64,000 bases of DNA from Candidatus Poseidoniaceae archaeon. Its GTDB lineage: Archaea; Thermoplasmatota; Poseidoniia; Poseidoniales; Poseidoniaceae. Made by a program: the position numbers and the translations under genes. How positions within the stretch are numbered: the first letter of the stretch is position 1; every line of letters starts with the position of its first letter. The stretch is taken from assembly GCA_028822845.1 (NCBI GenBank), contig JAPKCS010000007.1, forward strand, positions 2,649 through 66,648, written 5' to 3'. This document shows positions 44,172 to 58,458 of this stretch, piece after piece. Under the pieces are notes generated by a model. It was not told the DNA's origin. It saw only the letters and a program-made list of their open reading frames with translations, and searched no databases.

Positions 44172-46809
44172 CCGATGGTGATTCGCCTTGAAGAGGCACA
44201 TCATCATCGTGAATTTGGTTGCTTGAAAGCGAAGTTGAAACGCCTTCCTGCTTTTGAATCACCTTTTCAACTTCAGTGAAGATTTTTTCCAGCAAGAGGG
44301 GGCCCCAGCCTCGAAGAGCAAGCAACTCACTGCGTTGCTTTCGTGTCATTTGGAGAACGTCTTTGGGAGAACGCAAACCTAGTTTTGACAACTCTCGCGC
44401 CCTCGCTCTGCCAATGTGTTTAATGTTGACAAGGTTGAGCAGATCTGGCTTACAACCGTGACGGATTCGCTGACGAAGAACATCAATAATCGTTGAAAGT
44501 TGATCAATTTCGGCGAGATGATCTTCTGAAAATACATCGTCTGTGAGCAACACTTGGCGAGCCGCTGCAAGCAACCAACCCATCAAATCGACACGATGGT
44601 GGACATCGCCAGGGCTGACATCGAGGTCGGTTTCAATGTCCCTGAGCGTTTCCTCTTCGGTCCACTTTTCCAGCATCCAAGCTGATTTGACATACCCCAA
44701 GAGTCGCTCTTCAAGGGTCACATCGGTGAGCAATTCTTCTTGAATCGCATTGGTTTTCAACCACAACATCGAGTTCGCCTCCATGTCGCTGTTTTTGGCC
44801 CAGAGCGAATTGAAATTGGGGGTTGTCGTGGCTAGTTGAAGCAAACTAAACTCAGTCACAGGTGCGTTTTGACGCACAAGGCGACGTACTGCACGGCGCA
44901 GGCCAGTTCGCAACTGCGAGGCAGAAAGTGGATCGAGGTACATTTGTGTCACACGCTCACCCATCATGGTGGCTTCGTAAACCATGCCGTCATGGTCAAC
45001 GCCTGCAGGATGATCCCAACCACCCACTTGGGCGAGGTCGGTTGCTTGTGTGAAGCCAAGTGTGGCTTGTGTGAAAGCAGAACTGCTCTTTGGCACACTG
45101 GTGTGACGCACTTGATTGGCCGGCTGAAGGTCAACACCGCCGGTGTTTTGAGCGATGGTGGCCCAAATGGGCATGGTATCGTCCCAATCTTCAGATCCGC
45201 CCGCACCAGCATGTTCGTCGGCACGGCGCGCTGCATAGGCTTCATCGATACCGACCCGGCGAATGAAGCGCTCAGCCACCAACCAATCGAGCATGCCGTC
45301 GAGTTGTTCTTTGAGGTAGGTTGGCGATACGGAGGCACCAAGGAAGGTGGCTTGGAAAAAGTCACCCAGTTCACCACGGTGACGGAAACCACCAGTGGCA
45401 ATCGCTGCAAGCAGGTGAGTGCGCAGTGCTGGTTCACTTGCTAATTTGGAGGTGATTGATTCGACAGGTCCGAAAAAGTACCTCTGACTCACATCATCGG
45501 CAATGGCCCATCCATCCGTCCCTTTGCACAGCACCCATGCTTCGCCAAAGGCATCGTACTTCGGCCGTCCAGCACGCCCGAGCATCTGACGAACTTCCAT
45601 GACCGGGAGTGGCCGGCTCATACCGTCATCCCAACGCTTCAGATCGCGAACAAGCACCCTCCGTGCAGGTAAATTGACACCGGCGGCAAGGGTTGGCGTA
45701 GCGGTTAAACAAACCAACAAACCTTCCTTGAAAGCACCTTCAATCGATTTTCTTTGGCCGTGTGTAAGGCCTGCATGGTGAAAGGCAACGCCTCCTCGAA
45801 TGGCAGTTGCCAGACGTTCGGCCATCGCTGTTTGTTGACCGCCCTCAAGGCTATCAGCAAACAAAGCAAGGCGTTTCAGGCGATCTGGATCTTCTTTCGT
45901 AAGCTTCTTTTGAACACGCTTTGAGAGTTTCAATGCTTCGGATTGAGCGCTTCTTCGTGTCCCAACAAACACCAAAACCTGCCCGTCTTGATCGAGGGTA
46001 TCGTTGACAACGACCCAGGTCGGATGTGATTTCGGTCCTTCGATGTCGCGAGGTGGTTGGAGCGAATCACCATCTGAACTCATGGCAGAAGATTGAACGA
46101 GACGGGGCTCGAGGTGGAGGTCATGGAAGGTGCTGTATTCCAAAGCGACTGGGCGCCAATCAGAGAGGACAAGCGTTGCTTCAAGCCATTTGGCCAGTTC
46201 ATCACAGTTCCCAACCGTTGCTGACAACGCAATAATCTGAGCTTTGGGCCTCAGATGGCGGAGACGTGTGAGGTTGATTTCCAATGTCGGTCCACGTGTG
46301 CCGTCGTTCATGAGGTGAAATTCATCAGCGACCACAATCGAAACATTCGCCATCATCTCTGAACGATTTCGCATAAGCGAATCCAATTTTTCTGATGTGC
46401 ACACAAGCACATCACATTCATCGATTTTTCGTGCTTCAGCGGAAGCGTCGCCGATGCCCAATCCGACGGTTAAGCCGACGGCTGAACACATCTGTGAAAG
46501 GTCGTCATATTTTTCACTGGCAAGGGCTTTCAGAGGGACAATGTACACCGCCTTCGAACCAATATCGTCCACAAGTAAACGCTTCATCATGCCGATGTAA
46601 GCAACAAGTGACTTGCCGCTTGCAGTTGGAATCGCGAGAAGTGTGTTGGTTCCACTTAGGACGCTAGGCATCGCTTCTTGCTGAGGCGGGTGGAGGTGGG
46701 TGATCCCCCAATTATTTTGCAGGAAATTCAAGAGTTTTGGGGGCAAATCAAGCCCCGAAACTGCTCGTCCTTCCGCCTCCATGGATTGCCTCCTGCGCCA
46801 ACAGTCCAA
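44164..46809 (-). CDS. hel308: Hel308 / Ski2-like DNA helicase
   Basis: Walker A AIPTASGKSLVA, DEFH box, later SF2 motifs (SATVGN, HHAGL, QMLGRAGRP), C-terminal HhH-like region. Long (881 aa), with an insertion in the C-terminal half. Confidence 0.9.
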   Translation of the reverse strand: MDCWRRRQSMEAEGRAVSGLDLPPKLLNFLQNNWGITHLHPPQQEAMPSVLSGTNTLLAIPTASGKSLVAYIGMMKRLLVDDIGSKAVYIVPLKALASEKYDDLSQMCSAVGLTVGLGIGDASAEARKIDECDVLVCTSEKLDSLMRNRSEMMANVSIVVADEFHLMNDGTRGPTLEINLTRLRHLRPKAQIIALSATVGNCDELAKWLEATLVLSDWRPVALEYSTFHDLHLEPRLVQSSAMSSDGDSLQPPRDIEGPKSHPTWVVVNDTLDQDGQVLVFVGTRRSAQSEALKLSKRVQKKLTKEDPDRLKRLALFADSLEGGQQTAMAERLATAIRGGVAFHHAGLTHGQRKSIEGAFKEGLLVCLTATPTLAAGVNLPARRVLVRDLKRWDDGMSRPLPVMEVRQMLGRAGRPKYDAFGEAWVLCKGTDGWAIADDVSQRYFFGPVESITSKLASEPALRTHLLAAIATGGFRHRGELGDFFQATFLGASVSPTYLKEQLDGMLDWLVAERFIRRVGIDEAYAARRADEHAGAGGSEDWDDTMPIWATIAQNTGGVDLQPANQVRHTSVPKSSSAFTQATLGFTQATDLAQVGGWDHPAGVDHDGMVYEATMMGERVTQMYLDPLSASQLRTGLRRAVRRLVRQNAPVTEFSLLQLATTTPNFNSLWAKNSDMEANSMLWLKTNAIQEELLTDVTLEERLLGYVKSAWMLEKWTEEETLRDIETDLDVSPGDVHHRVDLMGWLLAAARQVLLTDDVFSEDHLAEIDQLSTIIDVLRQRIRHGCKPDLLNLVNIKHIGRARARELSKLGLRSPKDVLQMTRKQRSELLALRGWGPLLLEKIFTEVEKVIQKQEGVSTSLSSNQIHDDDVPLQGESPSDD

Positions 46810-46873
46810 AAGGACAACGCCTCAACCCGTTCAATCCGACATCCCTAAGACCTACCTTTGCGTGAGAAGAATT

Positions 46874-47506
46874 ATGACCGACGATGTTGAAAGCACGGTA
46901 GACGACGTTGAAAGCATGGTAGACGAACGCCTTTCCGTGTTTGATGATGAACCTGATTTGAACGATTGGGTGGAAGTGATGTGTGGTGCTGCAATGGTAG
47001 TGCTCGGTATTTTCCATCTGATCGAACCCGGAGAACTCGTCAATCCTGACGTTATGCGCTGGTTCGCCGCAGCCGTTGTCGCCGCTGGTGGCGTTTGGGC
47101 CGGCCACGGTCTCAAGGACATGGCTGTCAAGGAAGTTCGTCGCTCGATTGCCATTCTCGAAATGTCTGAATCAGATGATGGTCCAGATCATGGATTGATC
47201 CGAGATGTATTACTCAACCCAGAGGCTTACAGTGAATTCTTGCTTGAATCCTACGCATCTGCTTGGGAAGATGGCATCATCACCGAAGAAGAACTCGTTG
47301 AACTTCGCTCTTTCCAAGAAATTCTTGGCATCACCGAGGAGGACGCTGCAAAGATGAACCTCGAAGCTGCTGTGAAATCCGCCTCCAAAGATGGAACCAT
47401 CACGGAAGCAGAAGAAGCCCAAATCAAGAAGGCTGCAACCCGTGCAAAGAAAGATGGCGACCAAGTTGTCGCAGACGCCAAGGAAAAGGCCAGGACCAAG
47501 TTCTGA
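46874..47506 (+). CDS. Hypothetical membrane protein with an acidic N-terminal tandem repeat and a C-terminal DG-x-IT-x-x-E helical repeat
   Basis: Start at ATG 46874. DDVESTV/DDVESMV repeat. Two TM helices. EDGIITEEELVEL and KDGTITEAEEAQI repeats, which are TerB-like (weak). Confidence 0.45.
   Translation: MTDDVESTVDDVESMVDERLSVFDDEPDLNDWVEVMCGAAMVVLGIFHLIEPGELVNPDVMRWFAAAVVAAGGVWAGHGLKDMAVKEVRRSIAILEMSESDDGPDHGLIRDVLLNPEAYSEFLLESYASAWEDGIITEEELVELRSFQEILGITEEDAAKMNLEAAVKSASKDGTITEAEEAQIKKAATRAKKDGDQVVADAKEKARTKF
46880..46921 (+). repeat. 21-nt tandem direct repeat x2 inside a CDS
   Basis: gacgatgttgaaagcacggta / gacgacgttgaaagcatggta, 19 of 21 identical. Read directly. Confidence 0.8.
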
Positions 47507-49555
47507 TCAAACCCATTGACTGGATTCATCGAACATCGCGTGTGCCAGGCTTCGTGCCTTTTTGCGCCGGAGGTGTTCCATACGTGCGCACACCACAAGC
47601 ATCAACAAGCCGATCCAAGCGATGGTGCCAGCACCATTGATCAATCCTGAAGCATTGCGAAGTTCCAACCCTTGAGGTACATCCGAGGCGTCAAAACCAT
47701 CCGAGGCCTGGAACCGAACATCCAACAGGTCCAAATCACAATCGCAAAGCGAGACCGATATTTGCTCAGGGAACAGAGAAGATTGGAGCAGAACCCAATC
47801 ATTCGCGCTAATTGAGGCTGGGCGGGTCCCCCAAGCAGGCACATTCACCGATCCAGTTGCCGGTGCATCGACCATCTCTGTGTCAAGATGAAACACCGAA
47901 GAAGTCGGTTCTTCATCCACGACGAGCAACCCTTCCAACATCAATAAGTCGAGCAATAAAGAGCGGCCTGCGAGAAGAATGAAGCGAACAGTTTGCTCCT
48001 CCAGCAAGCCTTCATCTGTGGTTTGCACACCACCGCGAGCCACCTGACCAAAGATGGCTTCATCGAGGCGCAGGGTTTCAATTTCAGGCACGATAAGTTG
48101 CCACCGTCCGTCGTCCATTGGCCGTGCTTCCTCGACCACGAGGCGAAGTTGCAAACGTTCCCCTGCAAGCATACCCCATGTTGCACCTGTTTGAGTGACA
48201 AGCACCTGTTCAGGAACACCAGGGTAGGATGCATCCCACAGTTGCTGAAGGCGCATTTCAACAAGATCATCTAACGTGTATTCTCCATCCAATTGCACTT
48301 CGTCAGCTCCAGCCCACAGCGGATGAAGCACCCCTCCGAGGAGAAGAAGGACAACACCCGGTGCGAAAACACCGAACCTCAAGGCGAGGGAAGTTGAATG
48401 CCGAAACCCATCTAAACCAAATCCGACCAGTGCTAAAACCGTCATCAACATGTAGGCATAGCCGTGTTCAGTCAAAACGACGGCCCGGCTTTCATCACCC
48501 AATGAGGCAGACCCGGCAGGATAAAATGAACTGCCACTGAACCCGCTGGGGTCAAGAGGCCCTAGACCTTCAAACGCCAATTGACCCGTCCATGTGTAGG
48601 GTTGGAATTTACCTGCAATTCCACCAAAGCAAAGAGAATATTGCCCCAAAGGTAAGGCCCGCCAACGGTATGTGTTTCGGGTCGAAGTCTCGTCTTCTGA
48701 AACGACCACTTCGGGCGCCGGAGCCTCTCGCCCGTTGGGCATGAAGAGGTTCGGCAACGTATGGGGTTGCGCCACTTCAATCGGCACCGCCTCCCAGCGA
48801 ACCAAGACCCCAATCACCTCATGTTGCTCAACCTCGAACGACCAGCAGTCACGGTCGTTTTCGACAAGTGCACCCTCATGGGTGGTTTCAAACTCGGTTT
48901 GCCGAGGCTCCAATTCGCTCGACGGTTCATCCGTATTGCGTCCATCGATGTCCTCAGACCACTCGATGTTTAATTCTAGAAAGGAGTTCCCGCGCATGTG
49001 AAGTTCCCATGTGCCTGGCCGATCAAGCACGAACGTGAGCCGCAAGCGAACGGGATCTTCTGGCCAAAGCAGCCGTTGCCCGTTCAGATTAAGCGGTTCA
49101 TCCACCAGCACAAACGGTTCATTCAAACCCTGACCAGGAAGTGGTTCTCCATCGAATTCCCACTCAGTGACCGTTTGACCCAAAATCAAAGATAGATCAA
49201 GCGCCGGGCGGGCTGCACCGGTTGCATCGCCAGTAAAACGGAGGTCGACCTCCATTCGTGCAAGCACGGTTGGTAACAGGGCGAGTTCGCTTTGAGCGGG
49301 AGCCATGTCAAACTCGATGGTGACGGTTTTCGGTTGTGCTGGAGAAGCGAACACGCTTTCAGAAACAACTTCTTCACCGATTGGCGTTGGTGAGAGAAGG
49401 CAATCATCATCTTCCACGCATGAGAGGTACAGGGAAGATTCGCCGACGGTTACCGATGCTGAAACCGCTGCATAAGGCCCCATAAGTAAACCAAGAAGGA
49501 GGGCACTGAACACAACTGGGCAGACGCGAGTCCTCCATGGTGAAGCAGTGCCCAT
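47507..49555 (-). CDS. Hypothetical large membrane/surface protein (682 aa)
   Basis: Signal-like N-terminus (VVFSALLLGLLMGPYAAVSA), central TM cluster (YAYMLMTVLALVGFGL..., VVLLLLGGVLHPLW) and a C-terminal TM followed by a basic tail. Confidence 0.5.
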   Translation of the reverse strand: MGTASPWRTRVCPVVFSALLLGLLMGPYAAVSASVTVGESSLYLSCVEDDDCLLSPTPIGEEVVSESVFASPAQPKTVTIEFDMAPAQSELALLPTVLARMEVDLRFTGDATGAARPALDLSLILGQTVTEWEFDGEPLPGQGLNEPFVLVDEPLNLNGQRLLWPEDPVRLRLTFVLDRPGTWELHMRGNSFLELNIEWSEDIDGRNTDEPSSELEPRQTEFETTHEGALVENDRDCWSFEVEQHEVIGVLVRWEAVPIEVAQPHTLPNLFMPNGREAPAPEVVVSEDETSTRNTYRWRALPLGQYSLCFGGIAGKFQPYTWTGQLAFEGLGPLDPSGFSGSSFYPAGSASLGDESRAVVLTEHGYAYMLMTVLALVGFGLDGFRHSTSLALRFGVFAPGVVLLLLGGVLHPLWAGADEVQLDGEYTLDDLVEMRLQQLWDASYPGVPEQVLVTQTGATWGMLAGERLQLRLVVEEARPMDDGRWQLIVPEIETLRLDEAIFGQVARGGVQTTDEGLLEEQTVRFILLAGRSLLLDLLMLEGLLVVDEEPTSSVFHLDTEMVDAPATGSVNVPAWGTRPASISANDWVLLQSSLFPEQISVSLCDCDLDLLDVRFQASDGFDASDVPQGLELRNASGLINGAGTIAWIGLLMLVVCARMEHLRRKKARSLAHAMFDESSQWV

Positions 49556-49601
49556 GGAAAACGCTAAACGATTCTGGGCTTGAATTCAATGGTGGTTTGG
49601 T

Positions 49602-50144
49602 TCACTCTTGAATGGCGTTGGGGCGGTCGACAAGCACAGTGGAACATCGACGGCACCGATACCGACCTTTGGATGGTTTCTGACGTGGATAAGTGCGCTC
49701 ACATGTGGTGCAAAGCCACAACCAGACGGCTCTTTTCCGCCGAAGATTTTCTGTGAATTCCTTGGCGTGCTTTGCAGCAGAACGCCCAGGCCAAGCCCGT
49801 TCAAGCGCACGGAAAGTCGAATCGTGCGGCCTGAATCCGAGGGCATGAATGTATTCATGATGGAGCACAAACGCTGCATAAGCACTCCACTCGGGGTCCA
49901 GCAACTGAGGGTGGAGGTCGATCACCTCAACGTCCGATACCTGCATTGAATCAAGATTAACACCCCGCTTCCATCGAGTCACGCCGTGCCTTTGTGTGGC
50001 GTTTTTCCGAAGCACACCGAGGGGGATTTCTCGGAGGTCATTCACGGGTGCTTCAGCCCAAATGGGCATGTCAATCATGACCTCAAGAACCGTGTCTCGA
50101 AGCATATGAAGGGCTTTGGCCGCTTCGGCTTTTGGCCGAACCAT
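49602..50144 (-). CDS. Zincin metallopeptidase-like protein (SprT/DUF45-like HExxH) with C-terminal zinc ribbon
   Basis: VLHHEYIHALGFRPHDSTF (HExxH...H) and CTTC-x15-CRRC. Start trimmed to ATG 50144 to clear the upstream gene. Confidence 0.5.
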   Translation of the reverse strand: MVRPKAEAAKALHMLRDTVLEVMIDMPIWAEAPVNDLREIPLGVLRKNATQRHGVTRWKRGVNLDSMQVSDVEVIDLHPQLLDPEWSAYAAFVLHHEYIHALGFRPHDSTFRALERAWPGRSAAKHAKEFTENLRRKRAVWLWLCTTCERTYPRQKPSKGRYRCRRCSTVLVDRPNAIQE

Positions 50145-50151
50145 ACAGCAA

Positions 50152-50664
50152 TCAGCTCCATCGATGGTAGGCGGGATGGCCTTCTTTGACAGCAACGAAC
50201 AAGCCTTTGCCCGTAGCACAGACCTTACCATTGGCCTCAAGAAGAAGTTCAATGTTCACTCGGTCACCTTCGATGGAGGTGATTTGGCTTGTGATGTGCA
50301 GAGGGGTATCGGTTGGCGTAGGGCGACGGAGTTGAACTGAGTAGGATGCCGTAACGGTGCATGGAGGCTCTTTTTCACCGTTCGCGTCCATCAGAGCGAC
50401 CGCTGCGGTCCAATTGCCATGGCAGTCGAGAAGGGTACCAATGATGCCACCGTTGATCATCCCCGGAAAGGCTTGGTGGTGTGGCTCAGGAGTGTACACC
50501 ATGGTCAAGCCATTGTCAATGCGATGGCTGTCAATTTGCAGCCCCAACTCATTGGCGGGCCCACAACCAAAACAAATTGAGGAAGGTGCGTATTGCCGTT
50601 GAACTCCAAGGTCGCCCATACCCTCCGGTGAACCCCCAAGCACTTGTTTTCTTTGCTGTAACAA
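50152..50664 (-). CDS. Hotdog-fold thioesterase (PaaI-like)
   Basis: CFGCGPANELGL followed by GMINGGIIGTLLDCHG, typical of PaaI/4HBT-type thioesterases. Confidence 0.65.
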   Translation of the reverse strand: MLQQRKQVLGGSPEGMGDLGVQRQYAPSSICFGCGPANELGLQIDSHRIDNGLTMVYTPEPHHQAFPGMINGGIIGTLLDCHGNWTAAVALMDANGEKEPPCTVTASYSVQLRRPTPTDTPLHITSQITSIEGDRVNIELLLEANGKVCATGKGLFVAVKEGHPAYHRWS

Positions 50665-50704
50665 TGGAAAACAACGCAGTGTTCATGGGGGGTGTGGTGT
50701 TGTC

Positions 50705-52039
50705 ATGGACATGGCGGGGAAAAAGGGATCCCGTAAGACAAAAGTTCGTGTGGCTCACGAACTCCCTAAGCGACGACGCAACGCCATCCAGGAAGCAATG
50801 AACGCTCACAAACTTGAGGACCGTTCTGACTGGGACCGCAGCGCAGAGTGGGGCAACACCCGATTCTATAGAAAAATAATCAAGCCAGGGACAATGCGGA
50901 CAGTCTCGTTGCCCTTGCTCGAAACAAACCTTGGCGATCCTTGGCCAATCCCAGTGACAATCCTTCACGGTGCCAGACCAGGACCAACAATCACCGTCCT
51001 AGGTGGTGTCCATGGCGACGAACTGACGGGTCCATCGGCGTGCACACACCTGCTTTCAAACGCTTTTACCGACCTTGGAAAGCCACTCGACCCAACTCAA
51101 ATGGCAGGCACCCTCCGCATTGTCCCCATCATCAATTTACCAGGCTACCGATCGAAATCTCGCTATTTCCCGGATGGAAGGGACTTAAATCGACAATTCC
51201 CTGGTGATTTCAAAGGCTCGACAACCCGCCGCGTCGCCGCTCAAATGTGGAAGCACCTCCTCGATGATGCCGATGCCATCGTCGACATACACAGCGCTGG
51301 AAGGGGACGTTCAAACATGCCTCAAATTCGTGCTGACCTGGCCCATCCGGGGTCGAATATTCTTGCCAAAGCCTTTGGTATTGAAATCATTCTCGATTCA
51401 AAGCCACCCTCTGGTTCACTTCGAAAAACGGCAATCGCCAATGATATTCCTTCCATCACCTACGAAGGTGGTGGTGCCAACTTATTAGACCATGAATCTG
51501 TCAACGTCGCCCTTCAAGGTGTCATCAATGTGCTCAAATCCCTGCGAATGATTCCCGGAAACCCCAACCGCCCAAGGTTCCGAATGTTGGCAAGTGGCTC
51601 CCACTGGTTGCGGGCAGGAGAAGGCGGATTGTTGGACATGTTCGTCAGTTCAGGGTCCGTGATGCGTGAAGGCGAAGTGATTGCGACGATTTCCGATCCT
51701 GCAAATCCCGGACTCACCGTTGATATTGTCGCACCAGAGGATGGTCTGCTCATCGGGGCAGCAACCAATCCGTTCACAGCAGCCGGCATGGCTGTTGGTC
51801 ATTTCTTACCAATTTCAAGGCATATAGGCCTGCTTCGAGACCAAATTGATGGCAATCGGCGCTTCCTTGTCTGCGGATCCCAAAACGATGCGGTTTGGCG
51901 AGAAGAAACTGAGATTGATGAAGTGGCCATCGATGTACAGGGCGGCGGTGTTGATTCAGAATGGGTCGTCTCCAAGTCGACTCAGCATCAACCATCGGAT
52001 GACACTTTTTCTGAACCTGAAGAAGAAAACGAGGCGTAA
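50705..52039 (+). CDS. Succinylglutamate desuccinylase / aspartoacylase family zinc hydrolase
   Basis: PTITVLGGVHGDELTG (HxxE zinc site) and a later DIHSA motif. Long acidic C-terminal extension. Confidence 0.75.
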   Translation: MDMAGKKGSRKTKVRVAHELPKRRRNAIQEAMNAHKLEDRSDWDRSAEWGNTRFYRKIIKPGTMRTVSLPLLETNLGDPWPIPVTILHGARPGPTITVLGGVHGDELTGPSACTHLLSNAFTDLGKPLDPTQMAGTLRIVPIINLPGYRSKSRYFPDGRDLNRQFPGDFKGSTTRRVAAQMWKHLLDDADAIVDIHSAGRGRSNMPQIRADLAHPGSNILAKAFGIEIILDSKPPSGSLRKTAIANDIPSITYEGGGANLLDHESVNVALQGVINVLKSLRMIPGNPNRPRFRMLASGSHWLRAGEGGLLDMFVSSGSVMREGEVIATISDPANPGLTVDIVAPEDGLLIGAATNPFTAAGMAVGHFLPISRHIGLLRDQIDGNRRFLVCGSQNDAVWREETEIDEVAIDVQGGGVDSEWVVSKSTQHQPSDDTFSEPEEENEA

Positions 52040-53299
52040 TCACGCTTCAAAGGATGCAACTGCAGCCTCTATTTCGTCATTGGTCATGTTTCGACGTTGA
52101 CGCTTAGCCACTTCGAAAAGGTGTGCGACAAGCCCATCTGTTGCTTCGTAGCCGTTTTGTTCCAACCACCAAATGATGTTTGAACGTCCAGCCATGTGAC
52201 CAATTCGGATCACTTGTTTGAGGCCGAAATCACCTGCTGGAACACCAGAATAGACTCGGTCTGCTAACCAATCATCGCCTTTGCGCATGGCCTTGATGAC
52301 AGCAGAGGCGTGAACACCTGTGCCTGTTTCGAACGCATCTTCACCGAACACGGGGTAGTTTCGAGGCAATGGAACTTCGATGTATTCGTGGGCTTTCTTG
52401 ACATAGGCGTCAAGTTTTGTCAAATCATTGTCGATCACTCCCATCAGTTTGAGGTTGACAAGTGTCTGATCGAGTGGGGCATTGCCGGCTCGCTCACCGA
52501 CGCCCAAGGCCGTGCCGTGAATCACGTCTGCACCTGCTTCAACAGCAGCGATGTTGTTCGCTACGCCAAGACCACGGTCTTGATGTCCGTGCCAATTGAC
52601 TTCAATCTCATGGCGTTTATAGCCACCATCTTTGATGACTTCTTCATCGATGAAGTTGAGGAGTTTCTTCACACCGTTTGGAGTGACGTGTCCACAGGTA
52701 TCACAAACGCACAAACGTCGTGCACCGAGTTCCATAGCTCGCAGGTAGATTTGCTTGACATCCTCTGGTTTCGAACGGGTGGTGTCTTCGGTGACAAACA
52801 TCACTGGCACATCGTGATCAACAGCGTATGAGACTGCTGTTTCCATTGTCGAAAGAAGCTTCTCCATGGTCCAGCCCTCAGTGTATTGACGGATTGGACT
52901 GGTGCCCAAAAAGGCGCTTGCTTGGATTGGAACGCCGTATTTCTCTTGCATGGCCACCAAAGGTTCGATGTCGTTCATGAGGGTCCGAACGGCTGCACCT
53001 GGCCTGATTTTGAAATCATGATCGATGATGTGCGAGACCATGGCTTCGATGTGCTCAAGATGGAAAGGGCCGGCACCAGGCAGGCCCAAATCGACCTTCT
53101 GCATGCCTAATTCTTCCATGAATGTCAACAATTCAATCTTCTGTTCGATGGTAGGATTGCGTGCACTGGGACTCTGAAGTCCATCGCGCAGGGTCTCGTC
53201 ATCAAACCAAACACCGTGCGGGTGATTTGCTGGATTTCGAGCAATGTCGTAGTCCACTTTATTCCAATCATAAATCAAAGAACGCTCATCCATTAACAA
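52040..53299 (-). CDS. DRE-TIM (HMGL-like) synthase, 2-isopropylmalate/homocitrate synthase family, without the LeuA regulatory domain
   Basis: FDDETLRDGLQS (DxTLRDGxQ), and HGHQDRGLGVAN and DTCG metal and substrate motifs. Confidence 0.7.
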   Translation of the reverse strand: MLMDERSLIYDWNKVDYDIARNPANHPHGVWFDDETLRDGLQSPSARNPTIEQKIELLTFMEELGMQKVDLGLPGAGPFHLEHIEAMVSHIIDHDFKIRPGAAVRTLMNDIEPLVAMQEKYGVPIQASAFLGTSPIRQYTEGWTMEKLLSTMETAVSYAVDHDVPVMFVTEDTTRSKPEDVKQIYLRAMELGARRLCVCDTCGHVTPNGVKKLLNFIDEEVIKDGGYKRHEIEVNWHGHQDRGLGVANNIAAVEAGADVIHGTALGVGERAGNAPLDQTLVNLKLMGVIDNDLTKLDAYVKKAHEYIEVPLPRNYPVFGEDAFETGTGVHASAVIKAMRKGDDWLADRVYSGVPAGDFGLKQVIRIGHMAGRSNIIWWLEQNGYEATDGLVAHLFEVAKRQRRNMTNDEIEAAVASFEA

Positions 53300-53377
53300 T
53301 CACCTTGCTGGCCAAACGAGGGCCCGTGCGTTCCACCACAAACGGGAGTCATGTTTGAAGGCGTCGCTGCGCAAGCG

Positions 53378-58115
<4,738 letters not shown>

Positions 58116-58458
58116 TTATTCCTCCAAAGGGGGTGTTTGAGGTGTGGGTTTTTCGGTCGCAGACTGGCATTAAAAACGCCACGAATCGTGGCATAATTTG
58201 CGGCGCAGTCTTCGATTTCTGAAACCTCACTTCCCCTAACAATATTACCCTGTGACGAGGGGGTATAAAGGTAGTGCAGAAAACACATCAAACCACCATT
58301 TATGGCGTCCAAAAAAAGGGGGTCAGAACCCTTAGAGTTTGTCGTTTTTTGGTCATGAAAAATCAAGGCTTTTCGAGACGAGAATTGATTCGATTCCTTG
58401 GGAGGGACGGAGCCTAACCATACGAGAGCGTTAAGAAGCGGGCCTAAGTCGGAAAGTT

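Noticed and set aside
44836-45444. 202-aa plus-strand ORF inside hel308
   Set aside because: Antisense to helicase-coding sequence. Composition is Cys/His/Thr-rich and non-protein-like.
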